Position numbers and translations under genes: made by a program. DNA of 63,029 nt, counting the filler, from Octopus bimaculoides (Eukaryota): assembly GCF_001194135.2 (NCBI RefSeq). It is 5 parts of 5 records of this genome, joined end to end, with 100 filler letters (N's around TTAATTAATTAA, not from the genome) between each part and the next. Parts side by side here need not be neighbours in the genome. Positions count along the whole stretch, not along the records: positions 8,212 to 28,944 come from NC_069004.1; 4 more parts are not named here. One strand, written 5' to 3'. The notes under the pieces are model-generated. The model had not been told where the DNA came from. It ran no database searches and saw only the letters and a list, made by a program, of their open reading frames with translations. Positions 11,737-23,094 of the stretch are shown piece by piece; position 1 is the stretch's first letter; every line of letters begins with the position of its first letter.

Positions 11737-13517
11737 GTATAGAGCATCCCTTGCACTGAGTCAATCAGAAACAGGTACCTTGCGTATGAACAAAACACAG
11801 TCAGCAGTAACTGACAATCAATTAAATAACCATTTTGCAAACACATTTATTTGTTTGTCTACAAGCCTGTCTTTCTATGTTAGTATGGATTAAATGAATA
11901 TATTATTGAGGCATTGTTTTACAGCTGAATATCTTTCCTGCTCCTAACCCTTATCTGTTTTTCAAGTAAAGAATCTCTTATTCTGCACATCTATGGGGCA
12001 AAACCAGCAGGATTTGCTATGAGAGCTGACAACAATGTCACTACTTGTAGCCCAATGATTTTTGGAGAGGCACAAATGTAAACACTCACGCATACACATA
12101 CAAATATAAATGTGTGTGTGTGTGTGTGTACGTGTGAGGGTACATGGCTTAGTGGTTAGGGTGTTGCACTCATGACCACAAGACCATGGCTTCGATTCCT
12201 GGTCCAGGTGGTGCATTGCATTGAGCAATACACTTCATCTGACATTGCTCTGCAATCACTTTTGACACCTGACATGTGATACACCAACAGGTGTTCAGGC
12301 AACATTAATTTGATAGAAAGAGTGAGCTAATGTACAGCATGTACATTTGATCACTATAAACAAAACCATTTGAGCCAATTGTTCAGCAAAAACTGACCAC
12401 TCATATAGTCTTTGACAGGAGATTCCAACACACTCACACACACACGCATATCTTTGTGTGTGTGTATGTATATATATATATATATAAATTGTAAATGCTA
12501 TATGTACATACGTATATTCTACCCCTTTTTATTTCTTCCTTTGCCTTTCGTTTTCCAGTGTCTTTACCCTTCCATCTTTTACATCTTCCTTCTCACCTTT
12601 TCTTTTCTTTTCATATTCTATCATCCAGTCTTAGTTTGTATATGCCATGTGAGCACAGCCTGAAGAGTGCATCAGGCACCAGACAGGCCATAAAATGCTG
12701 TCTGTGTTGTTTTCATTGGATGAAACTCTTAGTAGCTCATAAAAATATATACTGTGCTCATTAGACAATAGTTATCTCACATCAGATGGAGTACTTTTTT
12801 GTTGATCTTACCGTCATACATATATGTATATATACGGGGGTAGCTGATGAAGAAGAATGTTCTCTATGTGGCTTGTGTGTTTTCTCGTCTACGTTTTGTT
12901 TGCAATGTCCTGTACCCAGATATGCACCTATACATACAGGTGGATGTCGGTATGCACATACCTGTACGTATATATGCATATACTCATTTACTATTTGTAT
13001 ATATATATATATATATATATATATACGCGCGCGCATCTCAAAAGTAAATAGACAGCCCTCAATGCAGTCACTACTTGGTGCTTCAAACTTGTTAATGTAT
13101 CATGCACAAAGAATGTACACTAAATAGTTACTTAAATACCTAAATGCACCAAATGACATTATCTTGTTTCTAGAAAAAAACCTTCAAAAATGATGATGTC
13201 TATTTACTTTTGAAGTGTTTGTGTACATGTGAATGTGTGTACATATGCATGAACAGTTTCTCTCAGCTTTCATCTATCAAATACCCAGTCACCAAGGCTT
13301 TAGTCAGCCAGCCAGGGCCTGCAGTAGAAAACTCTTGCCCAAGGTGCTGTGAAGTGGGATTGAACGTGAAACTAGATGGTTGGAAAGTAAACTTTTTAAC
13401 CAATTTGGCCATGCCTGTGGCTCATAGAGAAATTATAAAACTGAAAGTTTCTTCAAGGGAAGTTAAAAAAAAAACAAAACAAATAATCAAATTAGCAAAA
13501 GACTAAAAGATTGTTAC

Positions 13518-13634
13518 CCGGAATGGTCGTTCTCCAGTATGTCTCATCAAATGTATCTTTAATTTTGATAACTTCTTGAAAACCTGTTCACATCCAGCTT
13601 GTTGGCATGACCATAGTTTCTTTACAGGAGTGTT
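13518..13634 (-). CDS. ZXDC: ZXD-like gene exon 4, zinc finger 1 (NTPVKKLWSCQQAGCEQVFKKLSKLKIHLMRHTGERPFR)
   Basis: tttttctatcag|AAC ... CGG|gtaaca; 117 nt, phase 0-0; C-x4-C-x12-H-x3-H plus TGERPF linker. Absent from the ORF track because it has no start codon. Confidence 0.93.
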
Positions 13635-14519
13635 CTGATAGAAAAATACATACAAAAGAATTGTGGCATGAAAAGGCTATGGGCATTGCTCTACCAGCAC
13701 ACACACACACACACACACCTTTTATCGCCTGTTTTTAAATTTTTTTTATATGGACTACAGCTATGCTGGGTCACTGCCTTGAAAGGTTTTAGACAAACAA
13801 ATTGACCTTTATGCTTGAGAAGACATGTCAAGCCAAGCGAAATCATAGTCGTCGCCAGTGCTGGTGTCACATGTGAGGCACCTGTGCCAGTGACAAGTAA
13901 AAGACACACAGTACATTTATAGAGTAGTTGGTGTTACGAATGACATCCAGCCATAGAAACCAAGCCAAAACAGACTGAAGCCTAGTGCCCAAGACAGCTC
14001 TATGGCTTGCCAGTTCCAGTCAAACTGTCTAACACCCATGCTAGCATGGAAAACAGATGCTAAATGATGATGATGATGTACTTTTTCTTTTGGTCTCTTT
14101 TATCAAACTGCTAAGTTACAGGAATGTAAACAAACCAGCATTAGCTGTCAAGCAGTGACAGTTCAAACACAAACACAGGCACACACAATGAGCTTCTTTC
14201 AGTTTCTGCCAACCAAATCTGCTCAGAAGGCTTTGGTCGGCTCGAGGCTATAGTAGAAGACACTTGCCCCAGGTATCAAGCAGAGGGACTGAACCCAGAA
14301 CTATGCGGTTGGGCAGTAAACTTCTTACCACACAGCTATGCCTGTGCCTATATAAAAATAATAAACAACTTTAGTAAGTAAAAGTGTAGCTAAATTCATT
14401 TTTGGTTTCTCTTTGAAATAATCTGAGCCACTTATTAAAAATGAAATAAGTTTGATCAATTCTTTCATATTTTAATGATCTATAGAATCACATCATAAGC
14501 AGTAACTTCCATGTGTCTG

Positions 14520-14960
14520 AAAGAAAAGGTCTTCAACCATTGTGTGCTGCCTTCCATGCATCAGAAATAAGGACAACAAGAGCATTGCAAATAAATGAAG
14601 ATCAACACAAAGAGCCATGGAAAGGAGAATGCTGAAGATTAACAAAACAGATAAGTGGAGAAGTAATAGGATTAGAGTGGAAACAGTTTTAACAGATATT
14701 ATCAGGAAAATAAAAACTCTAAAATGGTCTTTCGTGAAACAGATGTCCAGAAGAAAGGACAATAGATGGAATAGCAAATTGACAGAGTGGACACTACATC
14801 CAGAAAAAAGGAGGGGAAGACCTTGCAAAAGTTGGAATGAAGACTTTATTAAATTCTTTGGCACCCAAATATGGATGAAGAAAACATCAGACCATGATTG
14901 ATAGAGAGAACATGCTGAGACATTCGTCCAACAGTGGACTGAACATGTGCAAGGATGAAG
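14520..14960 (+). mobile_element. RTE-clade LINE ORF2 C-terminal remnant
   Basis: RAMERRML...LKWSFVKQMSRRKDNRW...KRRGRPCKSW motif set. Confidence 0.8.
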
Positions 14961-16017
14961 TGAATGAGAGACTACTATCTTGTCCAGGAGAGTCAAGCAT
15001 AGACTAATCCTCTAGTATTCATATTACTCAAGACCCATCCTCTACAGTAGAAGTGCTAAAGCTGCTACCCCTGATGAAGAGGATTGGCCTATGCTGGTGC
15101 CATGTAAAAAAATCACTTGCGTCAGTGCAACGGAAAAGCACTTGTGCCCATGCCACGTTAAAGCACACACTTTAAAGTGGTTGGCAGCATTAGGAAGGGC
15201 ATCCAGCTGCAGAAACCAAGCTAAATCAAACTGGGACCTGATGCAGCTCTCCAGCTGCCACCTTTAAAATTTCAATAATGCGACTGTTTTATTTTTAGAA
15301 TGACACTGTAGGGTAGAGGTGAGAGGCCAGACCTGGCCACTTTGAACATAAAACAGGTAGAATATTTGAACCAAATATGGCTGGTTTAAATTCTAAAAGG
15401 TTAAGTTTCTTTAGCTAGAAAAGAAGCAAATAAAATGAAGAATCTTATCTAAGAATACAATTCAACATTTGCAGTAAATATATAATCCACAGAGACTGTA
15501 TAGCTTCTTCAGTTAGGTTCCCTTCCAATAAAGAAAGGCCATGAAAATACATCCAACTTAAATTACCAACAGTACCATAACCAGTCACAGCTATTTTACA
15601 GAGTGTACTAGGTACATTGTATCAGATCATAGGCAGTAGAATGGTTGCCCTATTACAGAAAGACTAAAAACTCTACCTTGTGTAAGTTTTTATTCACAGT
15701 TACTGCCTTCCTACGAGGGTAACCTGTTATGTGATTTCCAGATTTCATACCTCATTAGTCTTAAAAGTCAAAGAACATCACAAGTAGAAGGAAAATGAGG
15801 ATGAGTCTGCTATCCATTCAAGCATCAGTATACTGGAACAGCATTCAAAAAATGACAAGATGCATAGATATAGTAATTTCTTATAGTGGAGGGTGTTGTC
15901 GGACATTCCTGCTACTGCTGTATTTTTGTTTAGAAAGGAAGTATGTGGAAATCATTAATGGTCAAAAGTTCATCAGAAATAAAAGATGGGTGGTGGTGGA
16001 TTGCTATGACAACTTAC

Positions 16018-16116
16018 CTCTGATGGAGAATCGGATTTACTGCCAGTATCATCATCACTTTCTTCCTTCACAACACTTTCTTCTTTCACAACACTTGACC
16101 ATTCAACTTTACTGGG
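16018..16116 (-). CDS. ZXDC: ZXD-like gene exon 3 (99 nt; PSKVEWSSVVKEESVVKEESDDDTGSKSDSPSE)
   Basis: Acceptor ttatttcag|CCC, donor GAG|gtaagt, 33 stop-free codons, phase 0-0. Confidence 0.8.
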
Positions 16117-17011
16117 CTGAAATAATAATAAAAATAATAATAACAACAATAATAATAATCCTTTCTACTATTGGCACAAGGCTTGAAATTTGGGGGAGAA
16201 GGATAGTCAATTACATCAATCCCAGTGCTCAGCCGCTACTTATTTTTATCAACCACAAAAGTAGGAAAGGCAAAGTCAACATCAGCAGAATTTGAACTCA
16301 GAATGTAGCAATAGGCGAAATACTGCTAAGCATTTCGTCCAGCGTGCTAAACAATAACAATCCTTTCTACTGGAAGCACAAGGCCTCAAATTTGGGGGAA
16401 GAGATTATGTTGATTACATCAACCCGAGTGCATAACTGGTACTTATTTAATCGACCCTGAAAGGATGAAAAGCAAAGTTGACCTTTGTGGAATTTGAACT
16501 CAGAATGTAGCAACGGGCAAAATACTGCTAAGCATTTTGTCCAGCAATGCTAATACTTCTGCCAGCTTGTCACCTTAAATAATAATAATAATAATTTCTA
16601 CATTGTTGCATTCCCCTTCAATTTGACATGTGAATACTGATTATAAACAAAAGCCTCATCATTCATACAAATGGTGATGTTTGCTTGCAGTCCATCGAAA
16701 AGCATGTCTGGGCTTCTTGATACGAGTGCACAGACCGAAAACAAAAGCCTCACCGTTAATAGTGTTATTTGCTTGCAGTACTTAGAAAAAGCATGTCTAG
16801 GCTGTTCATTGTTCAACAGACTGGAAAAGCGAGGGGACAAATGATTATTACTTTGTTTGGAAATAGGTGAAGATTGACAACAGGGAGGGAATCCAGGCAA
16901 AGAAAATTATGCCACAACAAAGTCTCATCTGACCCCTTCAAGTATGGAAAATGAGATGTTAAAATGTTGGTGATGACGATGACGACATCATGGTAAGAGA
17001 GGAACACTAAC

Positions 17012-17100
17012 CTGCTGTTTGACATTTCCATTGGTCATTGGTACTGTCATTAAAAAACTGTTTCCATTCTCAGCTGGGTTAACTGGTAATAATAGATAAC
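17012..17100 (-). CDS. ZXDC: ZXD-like gene exon 2 (89 nt; (G)YLLLPVNPAENGNSFLMTVPMTNGNVKQQ)
   Basis: CTAAC branch point and pyrimidine tract cttctcttgtag|GT TAT. Phase 1 in, phase 0 out; donor CAG|gttagt. Bridges exon 1 (phase 1) to exon 3 (phase 0). Confidence 0.85.
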
Positions 17101-17295
17101 CTACAAGAGAAGTAGGGTTAGAGTGAAGGGCAGTTGTAAATCATGATGGGTTCAATCCCAACTGAAACTAATTCTACTCACTCTAAAAAAAACCCCCCCA
17201 AAAAACCTGTTACTTTATTATTTCCTTTGGAGTTCTTAATGTATATAAAAATGTGCATATGTATGTGTGAGTGTCTGTATGTTTGACCCTCTATT

Positions 17296-18158
17296 GTTTT
17301 CCCTCTTGAAAGCCATCTCACTTGTGAGTGCAACAGAAGCATCTCAAATTCAGAATCACTTTCTTTGCACAAATAGGCAAATAGATGGGAGTTGAGTGCA
17401 TTCGCTTTGATGAAGTTCACCACTGTAATCACGTAATTCAGAATATTTTTTAACTCATCAGGAATGGTTTTCACCATTAGTATTCGTTGATAAATTGTGC
17501 AGCGGGATTTTCTTTCACCAAAGTCTGAAAACCAGAATGGCAACCAAACATTGCTGGAGCGCCGTTGCTGCATACACCAATGACATGCTCTCAGTTGATA
17601 TCATGTACCTCAAAAAATTTGTCCACTTTAGACGCAAAGTTGGAAACACCCGTCATTTCATCAAGCTGGATCATGTAAAAGTTCAAAGTTCAACTGTGAC
17701 AGAATGTTATCAGACAGTGCAGTTATTCGTCTGCTAACAGTATCGTTTGAGAGAGAGAGAGAGAGACATGCTTAGGCTTTTGAAGTTCAGACCTTTGTAA
17801 CACATTCGATACGATATCTATGCAGCAAGGCAATATCAACTCTGCTGATATTGTGGGGCTTTTTAGCAACAGCTATTTTCTTTGAAACCAGCCGTAATGT
17901 TCAGTGAAAACATTCCTGTATTAACAAGTCTGGACTGGTCAATCTGTCGGCTTCGTATCTGAAGAAGTTGACATCTCTATTTATTGAACTGGGATGCTTC
18001 GTTTCAAAGTGCCTCTTAAATGAGCTGGGCTTTAGTGAAGTAGACGCCAAAACCTCAGAGCACAAAACACACTGTAGTTTCCTTTTCTGCCAGACTTTAT
18101 CACAGTAAAACCGAATTTCAAATGATTCGTCACATCTCATTTCCTTCTTTGGATGCAT
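17296..18158 (-). mobile_element. Degenerate hAT (Buster/Charlie/SPIN-like) transposase in ZXD intron 1
   Basis: N-terminal zinc finger (QCVLCSEVLASTSLKPSSFKRHFETKH), AKKPH, SNDTVSRRI, IQLDE and LLLHSQVRWLSRGK motifs across frameshifts. Confidence 0.9.
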
Positions 18159-18419
18159 TATAAAAAAAAGATAAAATTCAGTAAACCAATTTAATAGAAT
18201 TACATTGTATATTTATTTCACCTTTGTTATATACTACAGGATGCACTAATTGACAATGAAGCTTACCTCTCACTATTAATTGTGGAAGAAATCCAAAGTG
18301 CATGTGAGCATTGTTTTGTTCATAGATAAACCTCTGTGAATTGATAACCATTGAGAAGACAGTTCTGTCGGAAGAAGTTGCCATGAAGAATAACCATGCC
18401 TTATAAAGCCCAGCCATCA

Positions 18420-18748
18420 TTCGAGTGTGATCGTTGCCAGCGTCGCCTTACCAGCACATGAAAAACAATATTCGAGCATGGCCATTGCCGCCGGACTGGT
18501 TCCTGTGAGCACATAAAAACACCCTTTGAGCGTGGTCGTTGACAGAACCGCCTGACTGGCCTTCGTGCCGATGGCATGTAAAAGCACCCACTACACTCTT
18601 GTAGTGATTGGCGTTAGGAAGGGCATCCAGCTGTAGAAACTTTGCCAGATCAGATTGAGCCTGGTGCAGCCTCTGGCTCACCAGTCCTCAGTCAAACCGT
18701 CCAACCCATGCCAACATGGAAAGCAGATATTAAACGATGATGATGATG

Positions 18749-18750
<2 letters not shown>
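18420..18750 (+). mobile_element. SINE/LINE-tail family ending in (GAT)n
   Basis: AGGAAGGGCATCCAGCTGTAGAAAC...CCATGCCAACATGGAAA...GATGATGAT; copies at about 13690-14080, 15090-15260 and 16860-16990. Confidence 0.7.
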
Positions 18751-18788
<38 letters not shown>

Positions 18789-19269
18789 NNNNNNNNNNNN
18801 NNNNNNNNNNNNNNNNNNNNNNNNNNNNNNNNNNNNNNNNNNNNNNNNNNNNNNNNNNNNNNNNNNNNNNNNNNNNNNNNNNNNNNNNNNNNNNNNNNNN
18901 NNNNNNNNNNNNNNNNNNNNNNNNNNNNNNNNNNNNNNNNNNNNNNNNNNNNNNNNNNNNNNNNNNNNNNNNNNNNNNNNNNNNNNNNNNNNNNNNNNNN
19001 NNNNNNNNNNNNNNNNNNNNNNNNNNNNNNNNNNNNNNNNNNNNNNNNNNNNNNNNNNNNNNNNNNNNNNNNNNNNNNNNNNNNNNNNNNNNNNNNNNNN
19101 NNNNNNNNNNNNNNNNNNNNNNNNNNNNNNNNNNNNNNNNNNNNNNNNNNNNNNNNNNNNNNNNNNNNNNNNNNNNNNNNNNNNNNNNNNNNNNNNNNNN
19201 NNNNNNNNNNNNNNNNNNNNNNNNNNNNNNNNNNNNNNNNNNNNTGTTACCCGAAGTTAGTTTTCGCCA

Positions 19270-19620
19270 GTGTGTGTTGCGAAACTCAAGGGGTTTTGTT
19301 TTCCCTTTTTGTTGTGCCCTCTAGAGATCGTAACAAACTTGCAGACTGCATTCAACAATCAATTCGGCCAAAAACAACTATTTACTGTCACCTGTGATGC
19401 ACATGCTCGCATATTCCTGAGATACCAGGGTACCAATTTCGCCACAGAATGGTGAAACACAGCATTGGAATTTGTAAGCTTGCTAGACGGAACCCATACT
19501 GAACAAGTTCTTGGGCCCGTCTCAAGTGAGGGAATAAGCAGCACTGTGGCACTCATAGCTCCACAGTGAACTTGTATCTGCAAGTTTATGTGGTACGAAA
19601 AATGCGATCTCAAAGAAAAA
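19270..19620 (+). mobile_element. Merlin (IS1595-like) transposase remnant in ZXD intron 1
   Basis: Plus-frame VCCETQGVLFSLFVVPSRDRNKLADCIQQSIRPKTTIYCHL*...IPEIPGYQFRHRMVKHS...SSWARLK...KFMWYEK, which follows the Merlin/IS1595 DDE-domain pattern. Confidence 0.75.
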
Positions 19621-19969
19621 AAATTGTTTTATTGCATCGTTGTTTTCTTTTATTGACAATCCATGTTTTCGTTTCAATTTTGCTGTTATTTCTAGCGAGT
19701 CCAAAACAAGACCTGTGACTATTGCAATTAATTTTATATAAACGTAAATCCTCAATTGGTTGGTAGAAAACGAAAAAGATGTTCAATTTTTTTCATTACA
19801 TTCCATATAAAAAAGGAAATTATACATTATTTCAAAATTGTTTTGTTTTTAAAATTCAAGGATTTGTCATGTCTTCAGTTTCAAAAATACGTCTTTCTTT
19901 CTATTTTAGGGATCCTTTTATGTTGTCACTTTCAAAAATATATATACAGCTCCGCGGATAACCACTGGC

Positions 19970-19983
19970 GTTGCCATGGCAAC
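19970..19983. promoter_or_regulatory. Perfect palindromic RFX X-box (GTTGCCATGGCAAC) in ZXD intron 1
   Basis: Exact 14-bp palindrome. Nearby are ACTTCCG (ETS-like, about 19995), ATTGG (CCAAT box, 20024) and GACGTCAC (about 20229). Could be TE-derived. Confidence 0.5.
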
Positions 19984-21126
19984 AAACAGTTTCGACTTCC
20001 GCTTTTGAGGACGGACTTATTTCATTGGCTAAAATTACATAACTTTAAATGCTTCTCATTTTATTTCAGTTCATTTTTCGAAAAAAATGATCGCGATTCT
20101 CGCCACCAGCATGCAAAACTACATCAGTCAGAAAAATTTGAAAACAATCCACTGAAAACTGAATAATTTTCAAGTCGTTGGAAGTAAACGAAAAACATCC
20201 GGTTAGGCTATAACGAATATAAGAGAGGACGTCACTCACATCCATATCTCTGTCTGATAAAAAAAAAAGGCTTTGCCGTAAGAGTCAGGAATCTTGTCTT
20301 CCGTGACCATCCCATCTTTTTAAGGATACGAAGAAGTATATCCAATGTATCTTTATTTAAGTATGTAATGTGTGATTTGAAGGAGATTTAGCTACTATTT
20401 CTACTAGACCAACTAACTATACAGAAGCTCTCAAACCAAACAGCAGACAGACAGATAGAAAGATGCATGAGAGGAACATCCGAGACTGAGTCATATATGT
20501 TCCTATGATGCATCCTAATCGGCATTCTTTCGCCTCCTAATCATTAACATAGCTGGGAGGAGGGAACGGTCCGCCCTGGGCGACACTTTTATTGAAGGGG
20601 AGGGGTACTTTTGGGTGTACTGTATTGGAGTAGGGAACAGCAAGCTCAAGGGCCGCACGGGGCAGCACTCATTCTAGCTACATCAACTGATCCAAATGGA
20701 ATTTAGAATAACTAGTTGTCGAAACAGTATATAAACAACGACCTTCAATGTAAAACAGAGAGGACCACACAGAAACTACATGCTGGAATCCTAAAATGCC
20801 CCCAAAAATTCTAAAGCATATAAAATGGTAACGAAGGTTTAATTCGTCTTGGCAATCACAGGTTCCTTCATTGTCTAACAAAGAATTAAAAACTCAACTC
20901 TACACGTGCGTAATCTCCGAATGTCCGCGAACAAATATTCTAACGTGTGCTGATGTCTGTTAGATACACCGTAAAATGGTAATCTTAGTCGCTTTTGTTT
21001 TGGTGAACGAATGTAGCTTGTTCAATGTTTACGTACATGTTCGACAATTTAACAACAACAATAATAATCATTTCAAATTTTGACACGATAATAATGGTGG
21101 TAAATAAAAATACAAGAGTGTTTTAC

Positions 21127-23059
21127 CTGTTTGTGCCGAAGGACCGTTTGTTTGTGAGGAAGTTGACAACAGAGCCGAAGCAGATGTGGTTCTAGTGGCA
21201 GTCGTAGCCGAGGAAGAAAGAGTGGCCGATAGAGGCTGAGTGAGGTCTGCAGTGTTTATATGATATAACTGTTGTCCCTGATTAGTGTTAACCAATATCT
21301 GAGTGGAGTTGGAGGCTCGGTCAGTTGATATTGAGATAGTAGCCAGTGTAAAGTTACCAGCATTGATGATACTACTATCCAGACCAGCAGTGGTAGTGCT
21401 GGTACTGGAGGAATCGATAAATATAGGTTTGATATCGAGGTCTGAAGAACGATCGGTAGTGGTACTGTTGGTGTTGTTATTGTTAGGTGTTGGGGTGGTG
21501 GTTCGCGACGGTGACTCTAGCAAAGAGGAACTAGTTGACAATTTCTGATGGGATTGAGGAGAATCTGACAGGACTGACAGTGAATCAGATAATGACAATG
21601 AAGATGATGGTGATGTAGTACTACACGTGGTCAAAGAAGATGGACTAATGACTTCCTGTTTCGGACCAACAGATTCTTCGAATTCTATACCTTGGTCCGG
21701 CATACTCTCTAGTTCTTGAGGTGTCATAAGAGTATTGCTTTTGTCAGTTCCGACCCGTCTGAATTCCAGCAGAGATGCTTCTAATGATGACGAATTTGAA
21801 ATAGTTGTTGTAGAATAACTACTAGATGAAAGACTGGGGAAAGACGACGAGCAAGGCTCCTCCGAATTATCTACTAAAAACACATTAGTAGTTGTTGCAG
21901 ATGGAGTGTTTGTAGATGTTGAAGAGGAATCCGGTGGAGGAGTGATCTGTGACAGTCGAGAAGTAGAACCGGTTTCGATATCAACGACTGTCACGGAAAT
22001 TTTAGCAGCGCGAGATCTATTCGGGCTCGTTACCGAAGTTGTTACAATGTCTTCCGTGTCTGTAGCATGTTTGTTATTGCTGTTGTATAAAGCTATGGAC
22101 TCTGTTGTGGGAGGTACAAGCACATGTTCGGCACCTGTCAGAGGTGGCATGACGCTCCCAGGCTCTAGACTGACGGTAAGATGTTCATCGGCGAAATATT
22201 CATCAACAACAATGTCTTTAGCCGTTTTACTAGTGGAGCCCAACTCTAAGGAATCCACCACTTCCTGATCATCAGTGTGAGATTGGTCCAAATTAAAATC
22301 CACTACAGAATTCAAGTTCCGAATTCGTGACTTGAGCCACTCACCGTTACTTCCAGCCACAGAATGTTCACCATAGCTATGTAAATCATCGATTTCGTGG
22401 TCTGCCTCGTCGTCTCCATCAGCCACTTCTTCTTCGTCATCATCGTCGGAGGATGAAGGTTCAGATGAGAGGTAATTTAAGCGCTCTATGACTATTATAG
22501 AATTATTGCTGATGTCGGAACTTTCACAATTAGGATCAATCAGATTGCTTTTGTTATTGACTTGTTCAAGCTTCTTTCTGTTCTGCTTCGGTGTTGTTAC
22601 AATCCTGTTACTGCGAATGTTATTGTCTCGTAATGATTGTACTGCTGTATTGCCGACAGACCGTCGCTTCTGCCGTTTGGTTGCTCTATGAAGGACAGAA
22701 TTTGATACAGAGAACACTGATGGAGACCTACCAGTTCTATTGTTGTGTTGCTCTCCGACTACTTCTATACTATACGACTCTGTACCTCTGTCGCCATCTT
22801 GGAAAGCATCTACAGTAGTGTTTCCGTTTGGTAATTGGCTATCGGTTGCTGCAACTAAACAGTCCTGAAATGCTTTCTGTGTGGAATTAGAAGACACTGA
22901 AAGGTTGGGGTTCAATCCAGGCTTCGGTCTGCTGCTCTCAGCATGTGTACGGTAATGGGCGCCGCCATGTTGTCCCCCTTTCTGCGACATTTCAATCCCC
23001 GTGTAGAGACAGAATGCGGGGTTCACACGCACGGGATACTTAACTACGTCATCAGTCAT
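21127..23059 (-). CDS. ZXDC: ZXD-family C2H2 zinc-finger transcription factor, coding exon 1 (long S/T/acidic, probably disordered N-terminus); start at ATG 23059 or ATG 22990
   Basis: Stop-free frame 23095-21068. First true ATGs are at 23059 (MTDDVV) and 22990 (MSQKGGQHGG); the ORF track start at 23095 is a TTG. Donor ACAG|GTAAAA at 21127/21126 is phase 1 and matches exon 2. Basic clusters (HRATKRQKRR, KQNRKK) and an acidic tract (SSSDDDDEEE). Family assignment comes from the downstream fingers. Confidence 0.85.
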
Positions 23060-23094
23060 GTGACTGCGATGGCAACAAGCTCGACTTGTTGCCA
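22961..23094 (-). promoter_or_regulatory. Putative ZXD core-promoter motif cluster: YY1 site, CRE-like site, CLEAR/E-box-like palindrome, inverted RFX-like half-sites
   Basis: GCCGCCATGTTG (YY1 consensus) 22961-22972; TACGTCAT 23045-23052; CAGTCATGTGACTG 23053-23066; perfect 10-bp inverted repeat TGGCAACAAG-ctcga-CTTGTTGCCA 23070-23094; CpG retained locally. Confidence 0.55.

Noticed and set aside
12654-12708. CUGAAGA with GUGC/GCAC stem II
   Set aside because: GAAA is replaced by CAGA and the cleavage site and stem I are out of register; not supportable as a ribozyme.
18268-18345. Candidate ZXD exon with AG|GTAAGC donor
   Set aside because: Stops occur in the required phase-1 frame; it lies at the 5' end of the hAT relic, and exon 2 at 17012-17100 already resolves the phase.
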